A stretch of DNA of 64,000 nt from Campylobacteraceae bacterium (GTDB lineage: Bacteria > Campylobacterota > Campylobacteria > Campylobacterales > Arcobacteraceae): contig JABJGE010000042.1 in assembly GCA_018662405.1 (NCBI GenBank), positions 2,108 to 66,107 of the forward strand, written 5' to 3'. A program made the translations under genes and the position numbers. Under the pieces are notes generated by a model. That model did not search any database and was not told where the DNA came from. It was given only the letters and a program-made list of their open reading frames with translations. Positions 46,357-57,114 of the stretch are shown here, in pieces (the stretch's first letter is position 1; each line of letters opens with the position of its first letter).

Positions 46357-48315
46357 ATGGCATTAATAGATCTACAAAATATAAACAAACAGTATGACAT
46401 TAAAGTCATACTAAAAGATGTAAACTTTACACTTCAAGAGCAACAAAGAATAGCAATTATTGGCCAAAATGGTCAGGGTAAATCAACATTGATGAAAGTC
46501 ATTACTGGAGCTGAACAAGCTGATAGTGGTGAGATTGCTATTGATAAATCTTTAAAAATAGAGATGTTAGATCAGCATCCAAAATTCAAACCAGGTTTAA
46601 TTGTCCGAGATGCAATTGAAGAACAGCTTGTAGATATTAAAAAAGCTAAAAATAGATATGAAGAAATATCTACACTTTTGGCTACTGAATTTGATAATGA
46701 AGAACTCTTACAAGAACATGCAAATTTAGGTACATTTATTGATCACCATAGTGCATGGGATATAGATAATAAGATAGAAAGAGTACTGCAAGAATTTCAT
46801 TTAAAAGAATATGAATTTAAAAGTATTGACCTTTTAAGTGGTGGGGAACAGCGTAGAGTTTCTCTGGCTGGTTTAATTTTAAAAAAACCAGATATATTAT
46901 TATTGGATGAGCCTACAAATCATCTTGATGTATATATGGTTGAGTTTCTTGAACAAATATTATTAAAAGAAAAATTCACATTATTATTTATATCTCATGA
47001 TAGATATTTTATTGATAATATTGCTACGGGAGTAGTAGAAATTGATAATGGAAATCTAAGAAAATTCAATGGTGGGTATAAAAAATACTTAGAACAAAAA
47101 GAACAATTAATTCTAAATATGCAAAAAGATCATGAAAATTTAATTCGACAGCTTAAGGCTGAAGCTCATTGGATGCAACATGGTGTAACAGCTAGACGAA
47201 AAAGAAATGAACGAAGAAAATCAGAATATTTTGAACTAAAAAAACAAGTTAAATCAAATCCTGGAAAAATTAAAAAAATGACGGTTGATTTACAAAGAGA
47301 GCAAAAATCTTTTAATCATGGTGGTGTATCTCAAAATAAAAGAAAAATGCTTTTTGAACTAGATAATGTTCATAAAAAACTAGGTAATAAAGTACTGATA
47401 AAAGATTTTACAGCGAGAATATTACAAAAAGACACTATTGCAATTGTAGGTCCAAATGGATGTGGAAAATCTACAATATTAAAAATATTACTTGGTCGAA
47501 TGGATATAGATAGTGGTAAAATTAAAAAAGGTGATTTTAAAGTAGGGTATTTTGATCAGCATAGAGAGATGCTAAATGATGAAGATACTATTGTAAATAC
47601 ATTTTGTCCTAATGGTGGCGATCAAGTGCTTCTTAATGATGGAAGATATATGCATGTATTTGGATATCTTAAGAATTTTCTATTTCCAAAAGAATATCTT
47701 ACTAAAAAGATTGGTGCATTAAGTGGTGGAGAAAAAAATAGAGTTGCTTTGGCATTGTTGTTTACAAAAAGTATAGATGTAATGGTACTAGATGAACCTA
47801 CTAATGATTTAGATATCCCGACAATTAATATTTTAGAAGAATATTTAGTTAATTTTCAAGGTGCATTAGTATTTGTATCTCATGATAGATATTTTGTAGA
47901 TAAAATTGCTAAAAAACTATTCGTATATACTGGTGGTGGAGAGATTATGGAAAGTTTCCAACCATATACAGAATATCTTGAAATAGAAAAAGAGATTAAA
48001 GAATTAGGTAATTTAGAAAAAGATATCAAAAGTGAAATCTTAGAAGAAACTGTTCAAGAAGAAGTTACAAATAAAAAAGTAGTAACAAAACTTACATACA
48101 AAGACCAAAGAGAATATGATAATCTACCTAAAGAGATTGAAGAGTTAGAATTTAAAATATTTGATTTAGAAAAATGTGTAATGGATCCACTTTGTTTTGA
48201 AGAAAAAGGATTATTAGCAGTTTCTAAAGAATTGGATGATGCAAATAAACTTTATGAACAAAAAGTTGAAAAATTTTTAGAACTAGAAGAGTTAGTTGAG
48301 AGTTTTAACTCTTAA
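46357..48315 (+). CDS. ABC-F family ATPase (Uup/EttA-like; no membrane domain)
   Basis: 652 aa. Two cassettes (GQNGQGKST and GPNGCGKST, each with an LSGGE signature), a basic linker and a C-terminal coiled coil. Confidence 0.88.
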   Translation: MALIDLQNINKQYDIKVILKDVNFTLQEQQRIAIIGQNGQGKSTLMKVITGAEQADSGEIAIDKSLKIEMLDQHPKFKPGLIVRDAIEEQLVDIKKAKNRYEEISTLLATEFDNEELLQEHANLGTFIDHHSAWDIDNKIERVLQEFHLKEYEFKSIDLLSGGEQRRVSLAGLILKKPDILLLDEPTNHLDVYMVEFLEQILLKEKFTLLFISHDRYFIDNIATGVVEIDNGNLRKFNGGYKKYLEQKEQLILNMQKDHENLIRQLKAEAHWMQHGVTARRKRNERRKSEYFELKKQVKSNPGKIKKMTVDLQREQKSFNHGGVSQNKRKMLFELDNVHKKLGNKVLIKDFTARILQKDTIAIVGPNGCGKSTILKILLGRMDIDSGKIKKGDFKVGYFDQHREMLNDEDTIVNTFCPNGGDQVLLNDGRYMHVFGYLKNFLFPKEYLTKKIGALSGGEKNRVALALLFTKSIDVMVLDEPTNDLDIPTINILEEYLVNFQGALVFVSHDRYFVDKIAKKLFVYTGGGEIMESFQPYTEYLEIEKEIKELGNLEKDIKSEILEETVQEEVTNKKVVTKLTYKDQREYDNLPKEIEELEFKIFDLEKCVMDPLCFEEKGLLAVSKELDDANKLYEQKVEKFLELEELVESFNS

Positions 48316-48353
48316 GAATAATATAAAGTATAATCTTAAATAAAAGGAATAAT

Positions 48354-48797
48354 ATGAGCTTAAAAGAACAATTGAAAACAGATATGAAAGATGCTATGAG
48401 AGCAAAAGAGATTGTAAAAAGAGATACAATTAGATCTATAAATACTATGATTAAACAAATTGAAGTTGATGAAAGAATTGATCTTGATGATGATGCAGTT
48501 GTTAAGTTAATTCAAAAAGGTATTAAACAAAGAGAAGAAGCAATATCTCAATACAAAGAAGCAGATCGTAATGATTTAGTAGATGTTGAGCAAGCTCAAA
48601 TTGATATCTTTAAATTATACCTTCCCAAACAACTTACAGATGAAGAACTTGAATCAATGACACAAGAAATTATAAAAGAAGTTGGTGCTACATCTATGAA
48701 AGATATGGGAAAAGTTATGCCTGTATTAAAAGAAAAAGTAGGTACAAGTGCAGATGGTAAGAGAATGAGTGGAGCAATTAAAAAGCTTTTAGGCTAA
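48354..48797 (+). CDS. GatB/YqeY-domain protein
   Basis: 147 aa with the typical YqeY sequence (LKEQLKTDMKDAMRAKE...). Confidence 0.8.
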   Translation: MSLKEQLKTDMKDAMRAKEIVKRDTIRSINTMIKQIEVDERIDLDDDAVVKLIQKGIKQREEAISQYKEADRNDLVDVEQAQIDIFKLYLPKQLTDEELESMTQEIIKEVGATSMKDMGKVMPVLKEKVGTSADGKRMSGAIKKLLG

Positions 48798-48856
48798 AAG
48801 TATTGCAATCTGTCATATTTTTAGTATATTTTAATTTAATTGGTTAAAATTCCACT

Positions 48857-50668
48857 ATGAATATGACAAAACAACAAGAGGATATTTTATCTTCTATAAA
48901 TAATTATAAATCTATCAAAATAAATGCCTTTGCAGGTACTGGAAAAACTTCAACATTACGATTAATTGCTAATGAACATAAAGAAAAAAAGATATTATAT
49001 TTAGCATTTAATAGTGCAATTAAAAATGAAGCTCAAGGCTTATTCCCTAATAATACATCAATAAGTACAACTCATGGATTGGCATATAGTGCAATAAAAA
49101 ATAATACAAATATAAATCTTTCAGAACTAGTAAACTATAGAGCAATAGATATATCAAAAAGATTTAAAATTACATATACAAAAGCGATAACGACACTTAA
49201 AATATTTGAAGCTTTTTGTAACTCATCAAAGCTAGAAATTAGTAAAGATGACTTAGAACATAAAACAGCACAATTTATGTTTGATAGTATGTGTGATGGA
49301 AGTATGAAGCCTACACATAGCTTCTATTTAAAATATTATTTCTTATTACTAACTCAAAATAAGATTCAACAATTTAAATATGATGTTGTAATGCTTGATG
49401 AAGCACAAGATACAAATGATGTTACATTAGGAATATTTGAAGCTTTAGATGTAGATACTAAAATATATGTAGGAGATCAACACCAACAAATATATTCATT
49501 TCGTGGTAGTAAAAATGCACTTAATAAAATTCAATGTGATAAGGAACTATATTTATCATGTAGTTTTAGGTTTAATAGTGATATTGCATCATATGCAAAT
49601 ATATTACTAAGTAATTTTAAAAATGAAACAGTAGCTATAGATACTCTTGATTCACAAGATAATGATATTCAAACCCATGGATTTATATCTCGTACAAATG
49701 CTACATTAATTGCAACTATTGCAAAAAGAATTGATGATAGAAAACCGTTTGTAACTATACGAGAACCAAATGAAATATTTAATTTAACATCTGAGGTCTA
49801 TTATGCACTTAATAATCAAAGAGATGATATTAAAAGAAATAGATTTTTAAAAGATTTTAGTGATGAAGAAGAGATGGCTGAATATGCTAAAGAGGTTGAT
49901 GATTATGAATTAAAAACAGCAATAAAGGTTGTTAAAGAGCATAAAGAAAAGATATTTGAATTTAAAGATATTGCACAAAAATTCTATAATGCTTGGAAAA
50001 ATAAAAAAAATAATGGCTTTGAAAATAGAATTAAAGAAATACTATTTTTAACCACTGCACATACAGCAAAAGGTTTAGAGTGGGATGAGGTAATTATTGC
50101 AGATGACTTTACAGACTTTGCAGATATTATTGCAGACTTGGAATGTGACAATTTAAAACAATATCAAGAACAAAAAGAATTTTTAACAAATCAAGAGTTA
50201 ATTGATGAGTTTAATTTATTTTATGTTTCTATTACTAGAGCAAAAAAGAAGTTAATAAAAGATAGTGAAAATTTCCATTATCTTATGGCTACTGATATTG
50301 AAAAGTTATTAGATCAAAGAATTAAAGATACACAACAAGATGTTAAATCTATGGCAAGAAATAAAAAAGTAAAAATATCTAAGTTAGAAAAAGAAGATAA
50401 ACAAGCAGTAAGACAAGTAAAAAATGCAGAAGCAGGTAAAGCTAAGAATAGTGGTTTAAAATGGACACTTGATGATAGAATAAAAGTAAAGAGTATGTTT
50501 AAAAAGAATATGTCTATTGGTCAAATAGCAAGAAAACTAGAACGAACTGCTGGTGCTATATTAGGTGAACTATTTAAAAGTGAAGTGATAAATAAGGATA
50601 ATCAGATAAAATTATCCCAAATGTTAAAAGAGGATCCATCAAATGCAAATAAACAGAGTATACTTTAA
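48857..50668 (+). CDS. UvrD-like (Fbh1-like) SF1 helicase with C-terminal Myb/GcrA-like HTH extension
   Basis: 603 aa. Motifs AFAGTGKTS, VMLDEAQDTN, VGDQHQQIYSFRGS, TAHTAKGLEWDEVII, FYVSITRAKKKL. C-terminal segment WTLDDRIKVKSMFKKNMSIGQIARKLERTAGAILGELFK. Confidence 0.75.
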   Translation: MNMTKQQEDILSSINNYKSIKINAFAGTGKTSTLRLIANEHKEKKILYLAFNSAIKNEAQGLFPNNTSISTTHGLAYSAIKNNTNINLSELVNYRAIDISKRFKITYTKAITTLKIFEAFCNSSKLEISKDDLEHKTAQFMFDSMCDGSMKPTHSFYLKYYFLLLTQNKIQQFKYDVVMLDEAQDTNDVTLGIFEALDVDTKIYVGDQHQQIYSFRGSKNALNKIQCDKELYLSCSFRFNSDIASYANILLSNFKNETVAIDTLDSQDNDIQTHGFISRTNATLIATIAKRIDDRKPFVTIREPNEIFNLTSEVYYALNNQRDDIKRNRFLKDFSDEEEMAEYAKEVDDYELKTAIKVVKEHKEKIFEFKDIAQKFYNAWKNKKNNGFENRIKEILFLTTAHTAKGLEWDEVIIADDFTDFADIIADLECDNLKQYQEQKEFLTNQELIDEFNLFYVSITRAKKKLIKDSENFHYLMATDIEKLLDQRIKDTQQDVKSMARNKKVKISKLEKEDKQAVRQVKNAEAGKAKNSGLKWTLDDRIKVKSMFKKNMSIGQIARKLERTAGAILGELFKSEVINKDNQIKLSQMLKEDPSNANKQSIL

Positions 50669-51596
50669 TCAAAATGAACCAATAAACTTTAGTTTTGTTC
50701 AAAATGTTGATGACTTTAGAGTTGATGAAATTGGAATTAGTAAATATGTCAGTCATGGTAGATTTGCAATATGTAAAATTAAAAAAACAAATATCACTAC
50801 ATGGGATATGATTAAAGAGCTATCAATACAATTAAATATCAGTGAACAACAAATAGGTTATGCTGGATTAAAAGATAAAAGTGCAACAACTACACAATAT
50901 GTAAGTATACCTGCACAAATAGCACAAAATATTAATGTATTTAAACATAAAAATATACAAATTGAAGATTTACAATATAGTGATTCTTCTATTCAAAAAG
51001 GTGATTTAGATGGAAATAAATTTACTATTAGATTACATAATATAAATCCAGAAGATCTACATAAGATATATCAAAATATATCACATATTCAAAAACATGG
51101 CTTACCAAACTATTTTGGATATCAGAGGTTTGGATTTGATGATAAATTTGAAAAAACACAAGCAGTAGCATATGGTGAAGAGATTATAAAAGATAAAAAG
51201 CTACAGCATATGTTAGTTTCAATTTATCAAAGTTATATATTTAATTCATGGTTAGTAAAAAGAGTTGAAATATCAAAAGAAAATGGATTAAAAAAATTAC
51301 AAGAATTAGATGGCGATATATATGACTATAAAAATAAAGATATTATTACTGGAATAATGCCTGGAAATAAAATTCCTAGAGCAAAAAAAGAAGCAGGTAA
51401 ATTAGAATCTGAATTTGATGATGAATTAGTTGTTGATTTTAAAGGATATAGAAGAGCAGCAGTTATTAAACCACAAGATATAAAAAATAAATTTGATGCT
51501 AAAGATAATTCTATGTTATTAGAATTTACATTACCAAAAAGTTCTTATGCCACTGTATTTGTAGAATGTTTAGCTAATAAGAATTTTGGATATTAA
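50643..51596 (+). CDS. truD: tRNA pseudouridine(13) synthase
   Basis: 317 aa. GYAGLKDKSATT catalytic Asp context. 26-nt overlap with the helicase 3' end. Confidence 0.85.
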   Translation: MQINRVYFNQNEPINFSFVQNVDDFRVDEIGISKYVSHGRFAICKIKKTNITTWDMIKELSIQLNISEQQIGYAGLKDKSATTTQYVSIPAQIAQNINVFKHKNIQIEDLQYSDSSIQKGDLDGNKFTIRLHNINPEDLHKIYQNISHIQKHGLPNYFGYQRFGFDDKFEKTQAVAYGEEIIKDKKLQHMLVSIYQSYIFNSWLVKRVEISKENGLKKLQELDGDIYDYKNKDIITGIMPGNKIPRAKKEAGKLESEFDDELVVDFKGYRRAAVIKPQDIKNKFDAKDNSMLLEFTLPKSSYATVFVECLANKNFGY

Positions 51597-52168
51597 TCTT
51601 TTAAAATAATACCAAGGGGAAGTTGTAAAGAAAGACTTTCAAATTCCTCTTTACTTGCACAAAGAGTTAAAATAACATCAGATGTAAATTCTTTCTCTTT
51701 TATAATAATTTTCTCTTGAGTTAGAAGATATTCGATTTGCCCTAACTTATCATAATTAATAGTTAAGGTTTTTGTGGCAAGTTTTTTATACTCTTTAAAT
51801 TCACTATTTTCTAATACTAAATTCACTGCATCTCCATAAGCCCGGACTAATCCACCGGTTCCTAATCGTATCCCACCAAAATATCGTACAATTATTACTG
51901 CGCTATTAATAATATCAGAACCTCTTAAAACACTTAATGATGGCTTTCCCGAAGTTCCTTTGGGTTCTCCATCATCACTTGAGTTTTCTACAATTTGATC
52001 AAATTCATTAAGATACCGATATGCATATACAAAATGTCGACCCTTTGGATGTTCTTCTTGTAGTCTTTTCATCATTGAATTGAATTGATTATAAGGGCAT
52101 ATATGTGTTATAAATTTTGATCGTTTGATTTCTAAAGTATAGCTAAACTCATTTTCAACAAATTTCAA
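51593..52168 (-). CDS. YigZ/IMPACT-family protein
   Basis: 191 aa. UPF0029 N-terminal domain (RSKFITHI...DDGEPKGTSGKP...RYFGGIRLGTGGLVRAY). Confidence 0.8.
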   Translation of the reverse strand: MKFVENEFSYTLEIKRSKFITHICPYNQFNSMMKRLQEEHPKGRHFVYAYRYLNEFDQIVENSSDDGEPKGTSGKPSLSVLRGSDIINSAVIIVRYFGGIRLGTGGLVRAYGDAVNLVLENSEFKEYKKLATKTLTINYDKLGQIEYLLTQEKIIIKEKEFTSDVILTLCASKEEFESLSLQLPLGIILKD

Positions 52169-52181
52169 GTAAAATCCTCCT

Positions 52182-52898
52182 ATGAGATTAGATATATATA
52201 TAACACAAAATTATAATATTCAAAGCCGAAATAAAGCAAATGAATTAATTAAAGCAAAAAAAATAAAAGTTAATGGTGACATTATAACTAAAGCATCATT
52301 TAAAATCTTAAGTGATGATGTAAAAATTGAAATACTAGAAGATGATTTTTATGTAAGTAGATCTGCATATAAATTGAAATATTTTATAGAGGAATTAGCA
52401 GATAAAATTTCTATAAAAGATAAAATAGCTTTAGATATAGGTTCATCTACTGGTGGTTTTACACAAATACTTTTAGAAAATAATATTAAAAGTGTTGATT
52501 GTGTTGATGTAGGATCAGATCAATTACATGAGAATATTAAACATGATGATAGAATATCTATGTATGAAAAAACAGATGTAAGAATATTTGATAGTTTAAA
52601 AATATATGATATTGTAACCTGTGATGTATCATTTATTAGTATTCACAATATATTAAATGATATAAATAGATTAGCATCAAAAGATATAATTATTTTATTT
52701 AAGCCACAATATGAAGTTGGAGCAAAAGTAAAAAGAGATAGAGCTGGTGTAGTACAAGATCAGAAAGCTATAAAAACAGCAAGAGATAAGTTTATACTAA
52801 CAACAACATATTTAAAATGGAAATTAGTTTATTCAAGCCAAAGCCAAGTTGAAGGTAAAAATGGGAATTTAGAGGAGTTGTTTTATTTTGAAAAATAA
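52182..52898 (+). CDS. tlyA: TlyA-family rRNA 2'-O-methyltransferase
   Basis: 238 aa. S4-like N-terminus (RLDIYI) plus an FtsJ-type SAM fold (LDIGSSTGGFT). Confidence 0.85.
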   Translation: MRLDIYITQNYNIQSRNKANELIKAKKIKVNGDIITKASFKILSDDVKIEILEDDFYVSRSAYKLKYFIEELADKISIKDKIALDIGSSTGGFTQILLENNIKSVDCVDVGSDQLHENIKHDDRISMYEKTDVRIFDSLKIYDIVTCDVSFISIHNILNDINRLASKDIIILFKPQYEVGAKVKRDRAGVVQDQKAIKTARDKFILTTTYLKWKLVYSSQSQVEGKNGNLEELFYFEK

Positions 52899-53700
52899 TA
52901 TTACAAGTATTGCAATTGGTGGCTTTGATGGTATGCATAGAGCTCATCAAGGCTTATTTAAAAATCTTGATGAGAATGGTGCTATTGTTGTAATTGAAAC
53001 AGGATATGCAAATCTATCTCCAAAAGAATATAGAGAAGATTATACTTCTTTACCTATATTTTATTATCCACTTGAAGAGATAAAGCATCTTCATGCAGAT
53101 GAGTTTATAGCGTTATTGATGAAACAATATCCAAAATTAAAAAAGATAGTCGTAGGCTATGATTTTCATTTTGGTACAAAAGCAAAATATTCTACAGATG
53201 ATTTAAAAAGATTATTTTCTGGAGATGTTACTGTTGTTGATGAAATTACATATAAAGACATAGCAATACATTCAAGAATTATAAGAGAGTTTTTAAAAAA
53301 TGGTGATATTAAATTAGCAAATGAACTTTTAAATAAACCATATAAAATTCAAGGTAATAAAATTCAAGGACAAGGTCTTGGTAAAAAAGAATTTGTACCT
53401 ACAATTAATCTTGACGTTAGTGAATTTTTATTACCAAAAGAAGCTATATATTCTACAAAAACAATAATAGATGGTAAATCTTATGAATCAGTTTCTTTTA
53501 TAGGACATAGAGTTACTACAGATGGTAATTTTGCTGTTGAAACACATTTATTAAATACGGATATTAGTAGTATAAATTCAAAAGTAAGTATAGAATTTTA
53601 TGAGAGGATAAGGGATAATAAAAAATTTGAATCTTTTAAAGATTTAAAAATACAAATTTTAGATGATATCCAAAAGGCAAAATTGTATTTTAAAAAGTAG
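52888..53700 (+). CDS. ribF: bifunctional riboflavin kinase/FAD synthetase
   Basis: 270 aa. Motifs GGFDGMHRAH and GQGLGKKEFVPTINL. Confidence 0.85.
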   Translation: MKNNITSIAIGGFDGMHRAHQGLFKNLDENGAIVVIETGYANLSPKEYREDYTSLPIFYYPLEEIKHLHADEFIALLMKQYPKLKKIVVGYDFHFGTKAKYSTDDLKRLFSGDVTVVDEITYKDIAIHSRIIREFLKNGDIKLANELLNKPYKIQGNKIQGQGLGKKEFVPTINLDVSEFLLPKEAIYSTKTIIDGKSYESVSFIGHRVTTDGNFAVETHLLNTDISSINSKVSIEFYERIRDNKKFESFKDLKIQILDDIQKAKLYFKK

Positions 53701-53752
53701 TATATATGAAAAAAATTATAATATTAATAGAAAATAGTATATAATCCACCTT

Positions 53753-54463
53753 ATGAATAAAGATAAAGTATTTGAAAAACCAATTGTAAAACAATTTGAA
53801 TTTGATGAAGAGGTAGCAAGTGTATTTGATGATATGCTTGATAGATCAGTACCATATTATAAAGAGAGTTTAGATCTTACAATAAACTTTGCACTTAAAT
53901 ATTTAGAAGAGGATGATAAAGTTTGTGATTTAGGGTGTTCAACAGCATCAACTTTAATTAGCCTTGCACAACATTCAAATAAAAAACTAAATCTTATAGG
54001 AATAGATAATTCACATGCTATGCTTCAACGAGCTAAGAGAAAAACAAACGCTTATGGATTAGATATAGATTTTATATGTGATGATATTTTTAATGTATCG
54101 TTAGATAAATCTAAAGTAATTATTTCAAATTATACTTTACAGTTTATACGACCATTACAAAGAGAAAAGTTAATACAAAAAATTTATGATTCTTTGGATG
54201 ATGGTGGAATATTTATATTTAGTGAAAAAGTAATATCTAATGATAAGGTATTTAATAAACATTGTATAGATGAATATTATGACTTTAAAAAGACACAAGG
54301 TTATAGTGAATTTGAAATTGCTCAAAAGAGAGAAGCCTTAGAGAACGTATTAATTCCATATAGTGAAGATGAGAATAAAAATATGATTAAAAATGCTGGA
54401 TTTAAAAGCTGTGATACAATTTTTAAATGGGTAAATTTTGCTACATTTATAGCAATAAAATAA
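53753..54463 (+). CDS. cmoA: carboxy-S-adenosyl-L-methionine synthase
   Basis: 236 aa. [12 protein letters not shown] start and SAM-MTase motif DLGCSTA. Confidence 0.85.
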   Translation: MNKDKVFEKPIVKQFEFDEEVASVFDDMLDRSVPYYKESLDLTINFALKYLEEDDKVCDLGCSTASTLISLAQHSNKKLNLIGIDNSHAMLQRAKRKTNAYGLDIDFICDDIFNVSLDKSKVIISNYTLQFIRPLQREKLIQKIYDSLDDGGIFIFSEKVISNDKVFNKHCIDEYYDFKKTQGYSEFEIAQKREALENVLIPYSEDENKNMIKNAGFKSCDTIFKWVNFATFIAIK

Positions 54464-54474
54464 GGATAATGAAG

Positions 54475-54981
54475 ATGTTAGAAATAGGAACTAAAGCACC
54501 AGAGTTTTGTATACCAAATCAAGATGAAGTTGAAATATGCTTAAGGGATTTACTTGGTAAATGGATAGTATTATATTTTTATCCAAGAGATAATACTCCA
54601 GGATGTACTACACAAGCTTGTGATTTTACTGCACAGCAAGATACTTATGAAGATTTAGGTGCGGTTATACTAGGTGTTAGTCCAGATAGTCCTAAAAAAC
54701 ATCAAAACTTTATTGAGAAAAAAGATCTTGAAATTACACTTCTTTCAGATGAAGAGAAAGTTGTTTGTGAAGCATATGGAGTTTGGCAATTAAAAAAGTT
54801 CATGGGTAGAGAAAATATGGGTGTAGTTAGATCAACATTTATTATTAATCCTGATGGAAATATTGCTGCAGCTTGGGAAAAAGTAAGTGTGAGAAAAAAG
54901 CGCAAGAAAAATGGTGAGACTATTGAGACATTACATGTTGATGAAGTTAGAGAAAAATTAGAAGAATTAAAAAAAGCATAA
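54475..54981 (+). CDS. bcp: thiol peroxidase Bcp (peroxiredoxin)
   Basis: TPGCTTQAC peroxidatic motif. Start set to ATG 54475 (AAGGA-N8) rather than the track start, which overlaps cmoA. Confidence 0.85.
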   Translation: MLEIGTKAPEFCIPNQDEVEICLRDLLGKWIVLYFYPRDNTPGCTTQACDFTAQQDTYEDLGAVILGVSPDSPKKHQNFIEKKDLEITLLSDEEKVVCEAYGVWQLKKFMGRENMGVVRSTFIINPDGNIAAAWEKVSVRKKRKKNGETIETLHVDEVREKLEELKKA

Positions 54982-54990
54982 GGAGATAGT

Positions 54991-55698
54991 ATGGGTAGAG
55001 CATTTGAATATAGAAAAGCAGCGAAAGAAAAAAGATGGGGAAATATGTCAAGAGTATTTCCAAAATTAGCAAAAGCTATTACAATGGCCGCAAAAGCAGG
55101 AGTTCCAGATCCTGAAATGAATGCGCCACTTAGAACAGCAATTGCAACTGCAAAAGCACAAAATTTACCAAAAGATAATATTGATGCAGCTATTAAAAGA
55201 GCAACTGCAAAAGATGCTGCAAATCTTGCTGAAGTAAATTACGAAGGTAAAAGTGCAGGTGGTGTACTTGTATTTGTAGAGACGGCAACAGATAATACTA
55301 CAAGAACTGTAGCAAATATAAAAGATATATTTAAAAAAGCAAAAGGTAGTGTTGTACCAAATGGATCTTTAGAATTTATGTTCGATAGAAAGTCTGTATT
55401 TGAGATTAAAAAACCAGAGATGGATATTGAAGAACTTGAATTGGAGATGATTGACTTTGGTTGGGAATCTTTCGAAGAAGATGAAGAAGTAATTTATGTA
55501 TATGGTGATTATACAGACTTTGGATCTTTAACAGAAGGATTTGAAAAACTTAGTATTGAAATATTAAAAGCGGATCTTCAAAGAATACCTAATAATCCAA
55601 AAGAAGTAGATGATGAGCAAATGGCTGATCTTGAAAAGCTAATTGAAAAATTAGAAGATGATGAGGATGTTCAGACTGTATATACTAATTTAGCTTAG
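54991..55698 (+). CDS. YebC/PmpR-family transcriptional regulator
   Basis: 235 aa. [23 protein letters not shown] is a canonical YebC N-terminus. Confidence 0.9.
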   Translation: MGRAFEYRKAAKEKRWGNMSRVFPKLAKAITMAAKAGVPDPEMNAPLRTAIATAKAQNLPKDNIDAAIKRATAKDAANLAEVNYEGKSAGGVLVFVETATDNTTRTVANIKDIFKKAKGSVVPNGSLEFMFDRKSVFEIKKPEMDIEELELEMIDFGWESFEEDEEVIYVYGDYTDFGSLTEGFEKLSIEILKADLQRIPNNPKEVDDEQMADLEKLIEKLEDDEDVQTVYTNLA

Positions 55699-56351
55699 TC
55701 TAAATTCTTTGAAAGCTTGAAGAATTTCTTTAAGCTTTTTCTCTCTTTATACCCAATAGCATATGATATTTTATCAAGATAATCTAAAATTTCATATGTA
55801 GAAATATTTGCTCTTTTAGCATATTTTTTTAATATATATTGTGGGATTCTTACTTTTGTTCTTACAAAATTATTTGCTAATTTTGTAATATCTTTTCCAT
55901 TTTTAGTAAAGCATAATCTTGCAAATACAAATGGTAAATCATATTTATTATTCCATTCTTGTGCTAAATCTATAAAGTCATCATTAGTATTTTCATAATA
56001 ATATTTTAAAGCCTTATCTCCAATAATTATTTTACCTTCGCATTCTAGAACACGAGCTAATATATTTGAAGTATCTGATTGGATATCTTTTGTATAAACT
56101 CCAGGAATTGATAAAACAGATAAAACATCTTTTTTAGCAACAATTCCTATATCTGTAGATTTTTCTTTTTGTGATTTAATACTAGATATAAATGCACCAT
56201 CAATTCTTCTTTTTTTAAAATCTTGATTAATCTTTGATGGATAAGATTTTTTATAATTTATAATAGCTTTTGTCTGTGAAGATGATATATTCTTTTTTAC
56301 ATATATATAAAATGGTAATAAATTTATAAAGTCAATTTTGGCAAATATCAA
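55695..56351 (-). CDS. mqnA: chorismate dehydratase-like MqnA/MqnD-family protein (futalosine pathway)
   Basis: 218 aa. INLLPFYIY...IDGAFISSI...IIIGDKAL...DLPFVFA pattern of MqnA. Confidence 0.65.
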   Translation of the reverse strand: MIFAKIDFINLLPFYIYVKKNISSSQTKAIINYKKSYPSKINQDFKKRRIDGAFISSIKSQKEKSTDIGIVAKKDVLSVLSIPGVYTKDIQSDTSNILARVLECEGKIIIGDKALKYYYENTNDDFIDLAQEWNNKYDLPFVFARLCFTKNGKDITKLANNFVRTKVRIPQYILKKYAKRANISTYEILDYLDKISYAIGYKERKSLKKFFKLSKNLD

Positions 56352-56431
56352 TATCTTAACCTTCTAGGCAATATGCCCTTTAATTTATTTTATGTATAAT
56401 ATCTTAAAATTATTAAGCAAAAGGTAAAGTA

Positions 56432-56653
56432 ATGGTTACTATTGAATTCTTAGGTCCTATTGGAAAAGATAATATGAGTGTTGATATAAATAACTTATCA
56501 CAATTAAGTGCAATATTAAAAGAAGAGGCTGATGTATCTACATGGCTTGAAAGTTGTGCAGTTGCTGTAAATGATGCTCTAGTATCTTCAAAAGACATAT
56601 CTCTAAGTGATGGTGATAAAGTATCATTATTACCTCCAGTTTGTGGTGGATGA
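56432..56653 (+). CDS. moaD: molybdopterin synthase sulfur-carrier subunit
   Basis: 73 aa. Ubiquitin-like, ends in PPVCGG. Confidence 0.85.
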   Translation: MVTIEFLGPIGKDNMSVDINNLSQLSAILKEEADVSTWLESCAVAVNDALVSSKDISLSDGDKVSLLPPVCGG

Positions 56654-57111
56654 TAATGGATGCTTCAAATATAAAAGTAGAATTATTTGATGGTGATTTA
56701 CCAGTAGAGCAAATTACAAATGCATGGTATGATCAATTTAGATTATCAAATTATGGTGCTATAATTACATTTGTAGGTGTTGTAAGAGATGAAGATGGGA
56801 TTGATGGATTAAGCTTCGATATATATGAACCAATATTAAACTCTTGGTTTGATGCTTGGCAAAAAAAAGCAAATGAAAAAAATGCAATAGTATTAATGGC
56901 ACATAGTCGTGGTGATGTATTAAATCATACGAGTAGTTATATAGCTGCTGTTTGTTCTCCTAAAAGAAGAGTGGCATTAGAGATGATTGATGAGTTTGTA
57001 GAAGATTTTAAAGCATCAGCTCCAATATGGAAATATGATATTATTAATGGATCTAGAGAATATGCTGAAGATAGAAGTACAGCTATTTCTGGTGCAGGTT
57101 TATTAAACTAA
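56650..57111 (+). CDS. moaE: molybdopterin synthase catalytic subunit
   Basis: ATGA start/stop overlap with moaD. MoaE-like sequence (GAIITFVGVVRD...APIWK). Confidence 0.85.
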   Translation: MIMDASNIKVELFDGDLPVEQITNAWYDQFRLSNYGAIITFVGVVRDEDGIDGLSFDIYEPILNSWFDAWQKKANEKNAIVLMAHSRGDVLNHTSSYIAAVCSPKRRVALEMIDEFVEDFKASAPIWKYDIINGSREYAEDRSTAISGAGLLN

Positions 57112-57114
57112 AAT

